64,000 bases of DNA from Candidatus Latescibacterota bacterium (lineage in GTDB: Bacteria > Latescibacterota > UBA2968 > UBA8231): the NCBI GenBank assembly GCA_965204725.1, contig OZ242005.1:2048001-2112000 (forward strand). Reading direction: 5' to 3'. A model generated the notes under the pieces. That model worked only from the letters and a program-made list of their open reading frames with translations, was not told where the DNA came from and did no database searches. Positions 1-9,711 of this stretch are shown piece after piece (the first letter of the stretch is position 1; each line of letters opens with the position of its first letter). The position numbers were made by a program, and so were the translations under genes.

Positions 1-1
1 T

Positions 2-157
2 CTAACCCTGCTCGACCTGACGCACGAATGGGAGGTCGTTCCCGAGCGCTTTCGCTCCAAATCGCGGAACACCCCTTTTGCCGGGTATCGCCTAAAGGGC
101 AAGGCCGTGGCCACCATCGTCGGCGGCCAGATCGTCTATAGCGAGTTGGCCGCTTAG
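2..157 (+). CDS. pyrC: Dihydroorotase, C-terminal fragment (gene begins before the window)
   Basis: Frame 2 reads LTLLDLTHEWEVVPERFRSKSRNTPFAGYRLKGKAVATIVGGQIVY..*; SKSRNTPF..G...TIVGG is the typical type I dihydroorotase C-terminus. Confidence 0.85.
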   Translation, partial: LTLLDLTHEWEVVPERFRSKSRNTPFAGYRLKGKAVATIVGGQIVYSELAA

Positions 158-1494
158 TCGAGGCGCTCGAACGCGTCTGGCCAATGCTCAATTTCCGCGC
201 CGGTGGCGCGCAGCCACACGGCGATCACGTCGAAGCGGCAGACCCGATCGGCCGCCGTGCCATAGCCATACTGAATGTAGTGCTGGGCGGCCCGCGTTAG
301 ACGCTGCCGCTTGGCGCGATCCACCCTTTGTTCGGGGCGCGACGCCCGCTGGCTGGCTTTTACCTCGACAAAAACCAATTCGCCCCCTTCTTCGGCCACT
401 AAGTCGATCTCGCCTCCAGCGGCCCGATAGCGGCGCGCCCGAATGCGATAGCCCCGTTCTTCGAGATAGGCCGCGGCCGCCGCTTCGCCCCGCCGCCCCA
501 AGTCCCCCAGCCTGTCGCGCTGCTCCCGATAGACCCCTCGCAGGGCCGTTAGCTCGTCGGCCGTTAGCTCGTCGGTGGCCTCTTTGACGAACTGCGCTAA
601 CCGCTCTAGCTCGGCGAGGTTCGCGCAATCGTATAGGCCCTCTTCAAAAGAGAGAAAAAGCTCCGAGCGCGGCTCGGCCACGCGCGCCGCCACCGGGCCG
701 AAACTGCGGCGGTGCAGGGGGCAAGGGCCATGGGCGTCCAAGGCGGCTAAGTGCGCGGCGCTGCCGTAGCCCTTGTGCGCGGCAAAGCCGTATTCGGGAT
801 AGCGGGCGTCGCACTCGCACATCAGGCGGTCGCGGTGTACTTTGGCCACGATTGAGGCCGCGGCAATCGACAGCGAGCGGGCGTCTCCGTCAATGATGGC
901 TTGCTCGGGATAGGGGCTACGCGCCGGCAAGTGCCCATCAATCAGCACCCGGTCGGGCGGGGGATGCACATTCTCCAGCGCCAAGCGCATGGCCTTGAGC
1001 GAGGCCTGCAGGATATTCAACTGGTCTATCTCGGCGGCCTCGACTTGCCCTATTCCCACGGACAGGGCCTTGGCCATCAGCTCTTCGTACAGGCCTTCGC
1101 GCTGGGTCCGCGACAGCTTCTTGGAATCGTTGATTCCTGTGATGACACAGTCGGGCGGCAAGACGACGGCCGCGGCCACCACCGGCCCCGCCAAGCAGCC
1201 GCGCCCAGCCTCATCTACCCCAGCCACTCGGCCCACCCCTTGTGCCCAAAGGCGGTGCTCAAAGTGCAGGAGCCGCTCGCGCCGCTGGGACTCGGCCTGC
1301 TCCCGCGCATCGCGCCGCCGCCGCTCGACCACCAAGCGCCGCACGCCAACGCGGCGATCCGCTTCGAGCAAGGCCCAGCCCGGATCGCCGCTTTCCCACT
1401 CCGCCACCGCGGCGCGTATCTGGGCTATCGTCATTCCGGCGAGTTCGAGTGCGCCGGAACGGCTCGCACCGGCAGGCGTCTCATCTATTGACAT
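154..1494 (-). CDS. rnhB: Ribonuclease HII fused to a C-terminal YraN (UPF0102) PD-(D/E)XK nuclease-like domain
   Basis: RNase HII motifs [26 protein letters not shown]; after a linker, YraN signature [15 protein letters not shown]...GGEIDLVA...VFVEVK and CRFDVIAV in the same 446-aa ORF. Confidence 0.9.
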   Translation of the reverse strand: MSIDETPAGASRSGALELAGMTIAQIRAAVAEWESGDPGWALLEADRRVGVRRLVVERRRRDAREQAESQRRERLLHFEHRLWAQGVGRVAGVDEAGRGCLAGPVVAAAVVLPPDCVITGINDSKKLSRTQREGLYEELMAKALSVGIGQVEAAEIDQLNILQASLKAMRLALENVHPPPDRVLIDGHLPARSPYPEQAIIDGDARSLSIAAASIVAKVHRDRLMCECDARYPEYGFAAHKGYGSAAHLAALDAHGPCPLHRRSFGPVAARVAEPRSELFLSFEEGLYDCANLAELERLAQFVKEATDELTADELTALRGVYREQRDRLGDLGRRGEAAAAAYLEERGYRIRARRYRAAGGEIDLVAEEGGELVFVEVKASQRASRPEQRVDRAKRQRLTRAAQHYIQYGYGTAADRVCRFDVIAVWLRATGAEIEHWPDAFERLD

Positions 1495-1548
1495 GAAATA
1501 CCGACCTTGTATATTTGCGAAAAGCTACCGAGAAAGAGGAGCCCTAAC

Positions 1549-2133
1549 ATGAAGAGCTACACGGCGTTAGTTGCCTGCTTTTGCCTCGTTTTGCAACCCG
1601 TCATGGCCCTCGCAGAGACGGAACCGACACCCATCGCCGGGGCCGACACCCGCCTCTATCTGGCCGATGGCAGCTTGGTGGAAGGTACGCTAATCGAACG
1701 GGACCGCGATCTGGTCATCATGCGCGTCAAGGACAAGATCTTCACTTTCGACAAAACCGAAATCGACAAGATCATCACCCTCGAATCGCTGGGCGGAGGA
1801 GCCCAAACGATCACGGTGACCGAGTTTCCTTACATCAGCTTTCTCGGGGGCGCGCTCGCCTTTAGCCTACTCTCTTGGCTGCAATTCGACCGGGCTTCCG
1901 ACAACGAAGCCGAAGCGGCCCTCAACCGCGACCACGACCAACTCGCCCGCGCCAAAAAGCTCGACGACAAAGCCGATCGCGCCCGCCTCTACGGTCGGGC
2001 CACAGCCGTTCTCGCGGCCGGCAGCTTTGCGGTGGCCTTCATCCCGCGCAAAAGCACCCGCCGCGTCTTTCCCGAGCTCGGTTTCCGCGACGGCGCGCCG
2101 CACATCGGCCTATCCTACGTCTATTCGTTCTGA
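1549..2133 (+). CDS. Hypothetical exported/membrane protein
   Basis: ATG after AGAGGAG; N-terminal signal-like hydrophobic segment and two further hydrophobic stretches; family not recognised. Confidence 0.65.
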   Translation: MKSYTALVACFCLVLQPVMALAETEPTPIAGADTRLYLADGSLVEGTLIERDRDLVIMRVKDKIFTFDKTEIDKIITLESLGGGAQTITVTEFPYISFLGGALAFSLLSWLQFDRASDNEAEAALNRDHDQLARAKKLDDKADRARLYGRATAVLAAGSFAVAFIPRKSTRRVFPELGFRDGAPHIGLSYVYSF

Positions 2134-2573
2134 GCGCCTGCCGCACTCCGCAGGTAATGCACCAAAGCCTCTAGCCCGAGCACATAGCTAAAACTGCCAA
2201 ACCCGGCGATTTGCCCTAGGCAGACCGGCGCGATAACCGACTGCTGGCGAAACGCTTCCCGGGCATGCACATTGGACAGATGCACCTCAACGGTCGGCAA
2301 CCCTTTGGCCGCCACGGCGTCGCGCAGGGCCAAGCTGTAGTGGGTAAAGGCCCCCGGATTGAACAGCAGGCCCTGCTCTGGGGCTTGGTGCAGCGCGTCG
2401 ATGAGCGCCCCCTCGCAATTGGATTGGCAGCAACGCACCTGAGCGCCGAGTCGCTGGGCGTGGTCGGCGATCAACGCATCAATCGCGGCCAAGGTTTCCC
2501 GCCCATAGACTTCGGGCTCGCGCGTTCCGAGCAAGTTGAGATTGGGTCCATGTAGGACTAGGATGCTAGTCAA
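2121..2573 (-). CDS. aroQ: Type II 3-dehydroquinate dehydratase
   Basis: [46 protein letters not shown]. Confidence 0.95.
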   Translation of the reverse strand: MTSILVLHGPNLNLLGTREPEVYGRETLAAIDALIADHAQRLGAQVRCCQSNCEGALIDALHQAPEQGLLFNPGAFTHYSLALRDAVAAKGLPTVEVHLSNVHAREAFRQQSVIAPVCLGQIAGFGSFSYVLGLEALVHYLRSAAGAQNE

Positions 2574-3447
2574 ATTGACCTCCGCTGTTGCGCACCACCA
2601 CGCAGATCCACGCCTCTTTTGCCAAAACGGTATCCACCTCTAATGCAGCTTCTGTGACCCAGCCGCAGAAAGCCGCCTCTTCCCGCGCCAGCAAACCGGA
2701 AAACGCGATTCGGCCATCCGCTGCCAACAAGCCGCGCAACGGGAGCAAAAGGGGCCGCAGCACGTGGCTTTGGATGTTGGCTAAAACCAAGTCAAAGGGG
2801 CCTTCCGCAACCACCTCCACGCCGCCCAGCCGCACCTCGACCTGCCCACGGCCGAGGCCGTTGTGCGCCAAGTTTTCCCGCGCATTCGCCACGGCCCTCT
2901 CGTCGGTATCCACGGCGAGCACCGGCCCGGCCCCCAGCAGCGCAGCGGCCACGCTGAGGATGCCGCTACCGGTCCCCAAGTCCAGACAGCGCGCCCCGGG
3001 GCGCAGATGGCGCTCTAGCGCCTGCAAGCAGAGTTGGGTCGATTCGTGCATCCCCGTGCCAAAGGCCATTTTGGGGTCTAGGGTCACGGCGATTTGGCCC
3101 TCGGCTATCTCGACCGGAATCCACGAAGGGTGGACGACGATCCGCTCGGTGGCCCACACCGGCGCAAAGAACCGCCGCCACTCGGCCTCCCAATCCCGTT
3201 CTTCCACGCACTCGGAGCCTATCGCCGACGCCAAGCCGAGCGCGGCGAGCCGATGCGTCAGTGCGCGCCGAACCTCCGCCAAATCGCACCTCGGCTCGGC
3301 CGCAAAGTACGCGCTCAACCGAGTGCGCTCGCGCGCTTCCTCGGCCTGCAGGCCGCAACTGCCGAGCTGATATGCCCACGCGCTGACCTCGTCGGCGCAA
3401 GCCGTAGGCACCTCTAGCCGCAAGCAGTACCAAGTCCGTTTATTCAC
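2566..3447 (-). CDS. prmA: Ribosomal protein L11 methyltransferase
   Basis: [21 protein letters not shown] motif [15 protein letters not shown]; downstream of dnaJ. Confidence 0.93.
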   Translation of the reverse strand: MNKRTWYCLRLEVPTACADEVSAWAYQLGSCGLQAEEARERTRLSAYFAAEPRCDLAEVRRALTHRLAALGLASAIGSECVEERDWEAEWRRFFAPVWATERIVVHPSWIPVEIAEGQIAVTLDPKMAFGTGMHESTQLCLQALERHLRPGARCLDLGTGSGILSVAAALLGAGPVLAVDTDERAVANARENLAHNGLGRGQVEVRLGGVEVVAEGPFDLVLANIQSHVLRPLLLPLRGLLAADGRIAFSGLLAREEAAFCGWVTEAALEVDTVLAKEAWICVVVRNSGGQFD

Positions 3448-4226
3448 TCGCTTCCAGCTTCCAACCGGCGCAACTGGGCGACTAATCCCTCGCCGATTGC
3501 GGCGAAAAGGGGGTCTGGCACCGCCCGCCCTTCATCCCCACGCTGGCGAATTGCAGCCGACAGGGGCAGCGCACCCAGAAAGGGCAACCCCAACCGCTCG
3601 GCGGCCGCGGCCCCCCCACCGCAGCCAAAGATCTCGTGGCGTTGGCCGCATTGGCCGCACAGATAGTAGCTCATGTTTTCGACGATCCCGAGAATATCGA
3701 CCTCGACCTTGGAAAACATGGCGATGCCCCGCTCCACATCCTCCAGCGCCACGCTCTGAGGAGTGGTCACGATCAAGGCGCCGGACAGGGCTACGGCTTG
3801 GCTCAAGGTCAGCGGCACATCGCCCGTGCCGGGCGGCAGATCAATCAGCAAATAGTCGAGTGTCCCCCATTCTACTTGGTGTAAAAACTGCTGTAACGCC
3901 CGCGCCAAGAGCGGCCCCCGCCAGACCACCGGCGCGTCCTCACCGGCGATGAAACCAATCGACATGAGGCCTACCCCGGCCTTGTACACCGGGCGCATCG
4001 CGCCTTGGGGCTCGGTTGTGGGCTGCTGCCTAATACCCATCATCAAGGGAATGCTCGGGCCGTAGATGTCCGCGTCGAGAAGGCCGACGCGCGCCCCTTG
4101 CGCCGCCAGACTCACGGCCAAGTTGATACTTACAGTCGATTTTCCCACGCCCCCCTTAGCACTGGCAATGGCGACGGTATGGCGCACTTGGACTAAGGGA
4201 TCGGTTCGGGGAATGGACAAGCGCAC
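3444..4226 (-). CDS. mrp: Mrp/NBP35 (ApbC) Fe-S cluster carrier ATPase
   Basis: SAKGGVGKST, DADIYGPSIP, WRGP, DLPPGTGD, ENMS..CxxC. Confidence 0.92.
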   Translation of the reverse strand: MRLSIPRTDPLVQVRHTVAIASAKGGVGKSTVSINLAVSLAAQGARVGLLDADIYGPSIPLMMGIRQQPTTEPQGAMRPVYKAGVGLMSIGFIAGEDAPVVWRGPLLARALQQFLHQVEWGTLDYLLIDLPPGTGDVPLTLSQAVALSGALIVTTPQSVALEDVERGIAMFSKVEVDILGIVENMSYYLCGQCGQRHEIFGCGGGAAAAERLGLPFLGALPLSAAIRQRGDEGRAVPDPLFAAIGEGLVAQLRRLEAGSE

Positions 4227-4232
4227 CTGCCT

Positions 4233-5375
4233 TTAGGATCGGAAGGCCTTGCGCATTTTGGCGAGGAAGCTCTCGCCTTCTTTGGCAACGCGCGCTTGTT
4301 CGAGCTGGGCTAGCTCGCTGAAAAGCTCGCGCTCTCGGCGGCTAAGGCCCTCGGGCGTCCACAAGACGACCTCAACTAGCTGGTCGCCGACCCCGCGGCC
4401 GTTGACGTCGGGAATGCCCCGGCCGCCCATGCGGAAGACGCGCCCGGACTGAGTGCCTGCGGGAATTTTCAGCATGGCCTTGCCAGCCAAAGTAGGGACT
4501 TCTACCGACGCGCCGAGCGTCGCTTGGGCAAAACCGAGGGGCAGTTGGTAGATAACGTGGTTGCCATCGCGGACGAAATAGTCGTGCTCTTTTTCTTCAA
4601 TAAAGACCAAGCAATCCCCGGACGGCCCCCCGCGCGGTCCGACTTCGCCTTGGCCGCGCAATGGAATGTAGTTGCCCTCTTGGACGCCGGCCGGAATGCG
4701 CACCGTCAGAGTCGTTTGGCCGCGCTCGCGGCCCTCGCCCCGGCATTCTGGACAGGGATTGGACACAATGTGGCCCTCCCCGTCGCAGGCCGGACACGTC
4801 ACCACGGTCATCGACGGCCCGAACAGGGTGCGCGCCATCTGTCGCACTTGGCCCTGCCCGCCGCACGTGCTACAGGTCTTGCGGCCCGCTCTGCTGGCCG
4901 CGCCGGTACCCTCGCAGCTCTTACAGCGCTGCAAGCGCGTCAGCGCGATGTTCTTTTCTACGCCCGTGGCGATCTCCTCTAAAGTTAAGGCCACCTTAAT
5001 TTTTAAGTCGCGGCCTTTCGCCCGCATCGACCCGCCCCGCGACCGCCGCCCGCCGCCGAAGAAGCTCTCGAAAATCTCGCCGAAAATGTCTTGAAAATCG
5101 CCCGCGTGCGTAAAATCCGACCACTGAAAGCCACCGCTGCCGAAATTGCCCTCAACCCCGGCGTGACCATAGCGATCGTACGCCGCCTTTTTCTCTGGAT
5201 CGGAAAGCACCTCGTAGGCTTCGGAGGCCTCCTTGAATTGCTCCTCGGCCGCTGCGTCGCCGGGGTTGCGATCGGGATGGAACTTCAGGGCCTTCTTGCG
5301 GTAAGCTCCTTTGATCGCCCGCTCGCTGGCGTCCCGCTCGACGCCCAGTACCTCATAGTAGTCCCTTTTGGACAT
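4233..5375 (-). CDS. dnaJ: Chaperone DnaJ
   Basis: J-domain with HPD, G/F-rich region, four CxxCxGxG repeats. Confidence 0.97.
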   Translation of the reverse strand: MSKRDYYEVLGVERDASERAIKGAYRKKALKFHPDRNPGDAAAEEQFKEASEAYEVLSDPEKKAAYDRYGHAGVEGNFGSGGFQWSDFTHAGDFQDIFGEIFESFFGGGRRSRGGSMRAKGRDLKIKVALTLEEIATGVEKNIALTRLQRCKSCEGTGAASRAGRKTCSTCGGQGQVRQMARTLFGPSMTVVTCPACDGEGHIVSNPCPECRGEGRERGQTTLTVRIPAGVQEGNYIPLRGQGEVGPRGGPSGDCLVFIEEKEHDYFVRDGNHVIYQLPLGFAQATLGASVEVPTLAGKAMLKIPAGTQSGRVFRMGGRGIPDVNGRGVGDQLVEVVLWTPEGLSRRERELFSELAQLEQARVAKEGESFLAKMRKAFRS

Positions 5376-5383
5376 TCGGTTCC

Positions 5384-5989
5384 TCAGCTCTCCACGCTCG
5401 CCTTACTGACGACGACGCGTGCGAAACGGACCACCTTGTCGTTGAGTTTGTAACCCTTCTCCATCTCCTCAATAATCGTGCCCGGGGGGTGCTCACCGTC
5501 TGGCACTTCGGCTAGGGCCTCGTGGACTGCGGGGTCAAAGGGCTGCCCCACCGCCTCGATCTCGGCCAGCCCATAGCCTTTGAGAACGTCGTTGAATTGG
5601 CCGCAGATCAACTCGACGCCCTGCTTGAGTAACTCGGCTTCTGGGGTCTCCTGACGGAGGGCGCGGCGCAAGTTGTCCAAAATGGGCGCGACTTGCAACA
5701 AGACATCGCGCAAGGTCTCATCCCGCGCTTCCGCCCGCATCCGCACCGTGCGCTTGCGGTAGTTATCTAACTCGGCGACCGCCCGCACATAGCGGTCGTA
5801 ATGAGCCGCGGCCTCGGCGCGAGCCGCCTCCAGTTCGGCCGACTCTTCGGCCTGAGACTCCGCGACTTCTTCTTGCTGCGGCTCCGCCGCTGCTTTTTCA
5901 CATGCCGCCTCGGACTGCGACTCGACAGCATCCTCCAAGCTCGCCTCTTCCACTGCGACGCGGTCCTGAGTTTCGCGCTCGCTCATCAA
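5384..5989 (-). CDS. grpE: Nucleotide exchange factor GrpE
   Basis: AELDNYRKR, FDPAVHEAL, GYKLNDKVVRFARVVV. Confidence 0.95.
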   Translation of the reverse strand: MMSERETQDRVAVEEASLEDAVESQSEAACEKAAAEPQQEEVAESQAEESAELEAARAEAAAHYDRYVRAVAELDNYRKRTVRMRAEARDETLRDVLLQVAPILDNLRRALRQETPEAELLKQGVELICGQFNDVLKGYGLAEIEAVGQPFDPAVHEALAEVPDGEHPPGTIIEEMEKGYKLNDKVVRFARVVVSKASVES

Positions 5990-6036
5990 CGCTCCTTACT
6001 CTACTCTATTGTGAATTGGATTGGGATAAGAACTCG

Positions 6037-7071
6037 TTAGCAGATCAAATCCGCCGCTCGGGAGGCCGCGCAGTTGACCAAACTCACCAAGGGCCGGTAG
6101 GGCATCCGCGTCGGGCCGATTACGCCCAGTACGCCGACCACGCCTTTGGCCCCGGTGACCTCGTAGCTGGCCGTCACCATGCCGCACCGCCCCATCGCTC
6201 GCGGCCGGTGCTCGGAACCAATGGTAACGACCACGCCGCGCCGCTCGCTCATCAGCCGAGCGAGGATGTCCTTTTTCTCGACCAAATCAATCAAACTGGC
6301 CACTTCGCTCGGATCTTCAAACTCGGGCTTTAGGCAAAGATTGCGGGTCCCCGATACGTGAAGATCGGCCCCGCGCGTGGTCGCCAAGTCTTTGATTTGC
6401 CGCACGACCACTTCCACCACCGGCTGCGGGATCGGCTCCAACTCGGCCATCCGCGCCTCAACCGCGCCTTGGATTTCAGCCAGCGTCAACCCGTGCAAGC
6501 ACTCGTTAAAAAGCCGGCTCAGCCCCTCTAAGTCTCGCTGCGACACCACACAATCCACTTCGACCAGCAAGCTCTTTGTCAGGCCGCCGCGAATCGTGAT
6601 GATGAGCAATAGGCGATGCGCCTCCAAGCGCCAAAGCTCCAGCTTGTGAAAGATGCCCTGTTTGAAGCGCGGCGCCAAAACCAACCCGAGTTGGTTCGAC
6701 AGATCGCCGATGGTCCTCGCCAGTTGGTGGAGGATATCTTCGTAATCGCCCGCCCGTTGTGCGACCTCTAGCTGCTGCTGCAGGGTGATTTCAGCCTCGT
6801 CCAAGCCAGCGTCGGCCGCCTCCATGCAGCGCTGCACGTAGAACCGATAGCCCTTTTCAGAGGGAATGCGGCCGGCCGAGACATGGGGCTGGGACACGTA
6901 GCCCTTTTCCTCTAAGGAGGCCAAGGTATTTCTTATGGTAGCCGAACTAACGCCCAAGTTCTCGCACTGGTTCAACGTCTGCGAGCCAACCGGGATTCCG
7001 AGGGCGACGTGGACTTTGACCAAGGCAAGGAGAACTTGGATTTCGCGTTTGGACAGCGGGCTAGTGACCAT
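6037..7071 (-). CDS. hrcA: Heat-inducible transcription repressor HrcA
   Basis: PVGSQTL...VSSATIRN..LEEKGY..QPHVSAGRIPSEKGYRFYV and C-terminal GVIGPTRMPY. Confidence 0.95.
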   Translation of the reverse strand: MVTSPLSKREIQVLLALVKVHVALGIPVGSQTLNQCENLGVSSATIRNTLASLEEKGYVSQPHVSAGRIPSEKGYRFYVQRCMEAADAGLDEAEITLQQQLEVAQRAGDYEDILHQLARTIGDLSNQLGLVLAPRFKQGIFHKLELWRLEAHRLLLIITIRGGLTKSLLVEVDCVVSQRDLEGLSRLFNECLHGLTLAEIQGAVEARMAELEPIPQPVVEVVVRQIKDLATTRGADLHVSGTRNLCLKPEFEDPSEVASLIDLVEKKDILARLMSERRGVVVTIGSEHRPRAMGRCGMVTASYEVTGAKGVVGVLGVIGPTRMPYRPLVSLVNCAASRAADLIC

Positions 7072-7125
7072 GGCCGGAAAGCATCTTCAGCGGCATAAAT
7101 GCCAGATGAGTACTGAGGTTTTGAA

Positions 7126-7153
7126 ATAATAAAAGCCGCCGATTGCTTGTCAA
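7126..7153 (-). promoter_or_regulatory. Putative sigma70 promoter of the hrcA operon
   Basis: Minus strand TTGACA (7153-7148), 16 nt, TATTAT (7131-7126). Confidence 0.55.
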
Positions 7154-7173
7154 GGCTCGCATCCGTAGCTTGC

Positions 7174-7202
7174 TTGACAGCCAATTTACAGGGTCGTACT
7201 AT
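7174..7202 (+). promoter_or_regulatory. Putative sigma70 promoter of glnA, back-to-back with the hrcA promoter
   Basis: TTGACA (7174-7179), 17 nt, TACTAT (7197-7202). Confidence 0.65.
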
Positions 7203-7260
7203 ATAATTTTCATTCTAACCACCTTAAAGCAGCATCATTCGACGCGAGAAAGGATGTGTC

Positions 7261-8724
7261 ATGGCCAAAGCCAAACCAAAAGCCAAAGCCAAACTGAAGT
7301 CCTCCGGGGCCAGCGCGGTGGACAAAGCCCTAGCCTTAGCACGTGACCAGCAGGCGCAGATGGTCGATTTCAAGTTCGTCGATCTGCCCGGCATCTGGCA
7401 GCACTTTACCATACCGGTTTCCATGCTGGAAGCCGATGTATTCGAGGATGGCCTCGGCTTCGACGGCTCCTCCATTCGCGGCTGGCAGGCCATCAACGAA
7501 TCCGACATGCTCGTCCTGCCCGATCCGGACACCGCGCTGATGGATCCGTTCACCGAGGTGCCGACCCTGTCGCTGATCTGCTCCATTCAAGACCCCATCA
7601 CCCGCCAAGATTATGCACGCGACCCGCGCGGCGTCGCCCAGCGAGCGCAAAACTACCTGCGGCGCACCCAGATCGCCGACATGGCCGTTTTCGGGCCGGA
7701 AGCGGAGTTTTTCGTCTTCGACGACATCCGGTTCGACCAGCAACCCCATCAGGCGTTCTATGCGATAGACTCGCTGGAAGGCCGTTGGAACAGCGGCACC
7801 GACGAAGGCCCCAACCTCGGCTACAAGCCCGCCTACAAGGGCGGCTATTTCCCCGTGCCGCCCACCGATTCCCACCACGACCTCCGCGTGCAGATGGTGC
7901 AGACGATGATCGACTGCGGCATCGAAATAGAGCTGCACCACCACGAGGTGGGCACGGGCGGCCAAGGCGAAATCGACATCCGCTTTTGTCCGCTGTTGGT
8001 GTGCGGCGATCGGATGATGCTGTACAAGTACATCGTCAAGAATGTGGCGCGTCTGCACGGCAAGACGGCCACGTTCATGCCCAAGCCGCTGTTTGAGGAC
8101 AATGGCACGGGGATGCACACCCACCAGAGCCTGTGGAAGGGCGACCAGCCGCTGTTTGCTGGCAGTGGCTATGCTGGGCTGAGCGATATGGCACTGCACT
8201 ACATCGGCGGGCTGCTCGAACACGCGCCGGCGCTGTTGGCGTTTACCAACCCAACGACCAACTCGTACAAGCGGCTGGTGCCGGGCTACGAAGCCCCGGT
8301 GAACTTGGCGTACTCCCAGCGCAATCGCAGTGCGTCGGTGCGCATTCCCATGTATTCGCCCAGTCCCAAGAGCAAGCGGGTGGAGTTTCGCTGTCCCGAC
8401 CCGTCGTGCAACATCTACTTGGCCCTAGCGGCGATGCTGATGGCGGGGTTAGACGGCATTGAGCGGCAGATCGACCCGGGAGACCCGCTGGACAAGAACC
8501 TGTACGATCTGTCGCCCGAGGAGAAGGAAGGGGTGCCGCAGACAGCCGGGTCGCTGGAAGAGTCGTTGGATTCCTTGGACGAGGACCGGGACTTTCTCTT
8601 GCAGGGCGATGTGTTCTCCGACAATCTGATCGACGCTTGGATCGACTACAAGCGCACCGAGGAGGTCGATGCCATCCGCTTGCGCCCTCATCCCTATGAG
8701 TTCTCACTCTACTACGACGTCTAA
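7261..8724 (+). CDS. glnA: Type I glutamine synthetase
   Basis: [42 protein letters not shown], adenylylation motif NLYDL. Confidence 0.97.
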   Translation: MAKAKPKAKAKLKSSGASAVDKALALARDQQAQMVDFKFVDLPGIWQHFTIPVSMLEADVFEDGLGFDGSSIRGWQAINESDMLVLPDPDTALMDPFTEVPTLSLICSIQDPITRQDYARDPRGVAQRAQNYLRRTQIADMAVFGPEAEFFVFDDIRFDQQPHQAFYAIDSLEGRWNSGTDEGPNLGYKPAYKGGYFPVPPTDSHHDLRVQMVQTMIDCGIEIELHHHEVGTGGQGEIDIRFCPLLVCGDRMMLYKYIVKNVARLHGKTATFMPKPLFEDNGTGMHTHQSLWKGDQPLFAGSGYAGLSDMALHYIGGLLEHAPALLAFTNPTTNSYKRLVPGYEAPVNLAYSQRNRSASVRIPMYSPSPKSKRVEFRCPDPSCNIYLALAAMLMAGLDGIERQIDPGDPLDKNLYDLSPEEKEGVPQTAGSLEESLDSLDEDRDFLLQGDVFSDNLIDAWIDYKRTEEVDAIRLRPHPYEFSLYYDV

Positions 8725-8805
8725 TTCCACATCCCCTACGGGTGCTCACAGCAAGGGAAGGTTTCCGCTCGGGAAATCTTCCCTTGCTCTATTATACCCC
8801 CCCTC

Positions 8806-9711
8806 GTGAAACTCGTCATCGGCAGCCGCGGCAGCCCGCTCGCCCTCGTCCAAGCCCGCGAGGTCCGCAACCGCTTGCGCGCACTACACGCTGGGTTGGA
8901 CCTTAAAATTTCGACCATTCGCACCACGGGCGACGCCACGACCGGTTCGCTGCGTAGCTTGGGCGGCACCGGCGTTTTTACCAAAGCCCTCGAATGCGCC
9001 CTGCTGGCCGGGCACATCGACCTAGCGGTCCACAGCCTGAAAGACCTGCCGACCCAGATGCACCCCGACCTCGCCCTCGTCGCCACGCCCGAGCGCGAAG
9101 ATGTGCGCGACGCCCTCGTCGGCCCCGGCATATCCTCGCTAGCCGACTTGCCGGATGGGGCGCGGGTGGGCACGGGCAGTCTGCGCCGCCGCGCCCAGCT
9201 CAAGGCCCTGCGGCCCGATCTAACCATGCTAGATATTCGCGGCAACCTAGACACGCGCATCGACAAGGCCCGGCGCGGCGAGTGCGATGCGGTCGTCTTG
9301 GCCGTTGCCGGACTCAACCGCCTCGGCTGGCAGGAGCGCGTCGACTGCTACCTGTCCCTCCAGCAGGTCCTACCCGCGCCCGGCCAAGGTGCTTTAGGGC
9401 TACAAATGCGCGCCGACCACCCGGCGCGTACCGCCGTTGCAGCCCTCAACCACGCCCCAACCCTAGCGGCCGTGCGAGCCGAACGCTATATGCTACACGC
9501 GCTGCGCGCCGGGTGTCACGCGCCCGTCGGTGCTTGGGGCCGCATCGAAGGCGATCTCCTCGCCCTCGATGGCTTGGTCGGCCATCCCGAAGGCACTCGG
9601 TTGTTGCACGCCCAACAGCGCGCCCCCCGCGACGGGGCCGAATCCCTCGGCGCGTCCCTCGCAGACGCCCTGCGCGCCCAAGGCGCCGACGACCTCTTGC
9701 GGGGGGCCTGA
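8806..9711 (+). CDS. hemC: Hydroxymethylbilane synthase (porphobilinogen deaminase)
   Basis: GSRGSPLAL.Q, VHSLKDLP, GTGSLRR, IRGNLDTR, PAPGQGAL, GCHAPVG. Confidence 0.95.
   Translation: MKLVIGSRGSPLALVQAREVRNRLRALHAGLDLKISTIRTTGDATTGSLRSLGGTGVFTKALECALLAGHIDLAVHSLKDLPTQMHPDLALVATPEREDVRDALVGPGISSLADLPDGARVGTGSLRRRAQLKALRPDLTMLDIRGNLDTRIDKARRGECDAVVLAVAGLNRLGWQERVDCYLSLQQVLPAPGQGALGLQMRADHPARTAVAALNHAPTLAAVRAERYMLHALRAGCHAPVGAWGRIEGDLLALDGLVGHPEGTRLLHAQQRAPRDGAESLGASLADALRAQGADDLLRGA

Noticed and set aside
7261-7300. Lys/Ala-rich repeat at the GlnA N-terminus
   Set aside because: Short low-complexity extension with no evidence of function
8994-9710. N-terminal extension of the 759-aa ORF
   Set aside because: Overlaps hemC in another frame and is Arg/Pro-rich noise; the real start is the ATG at 9711
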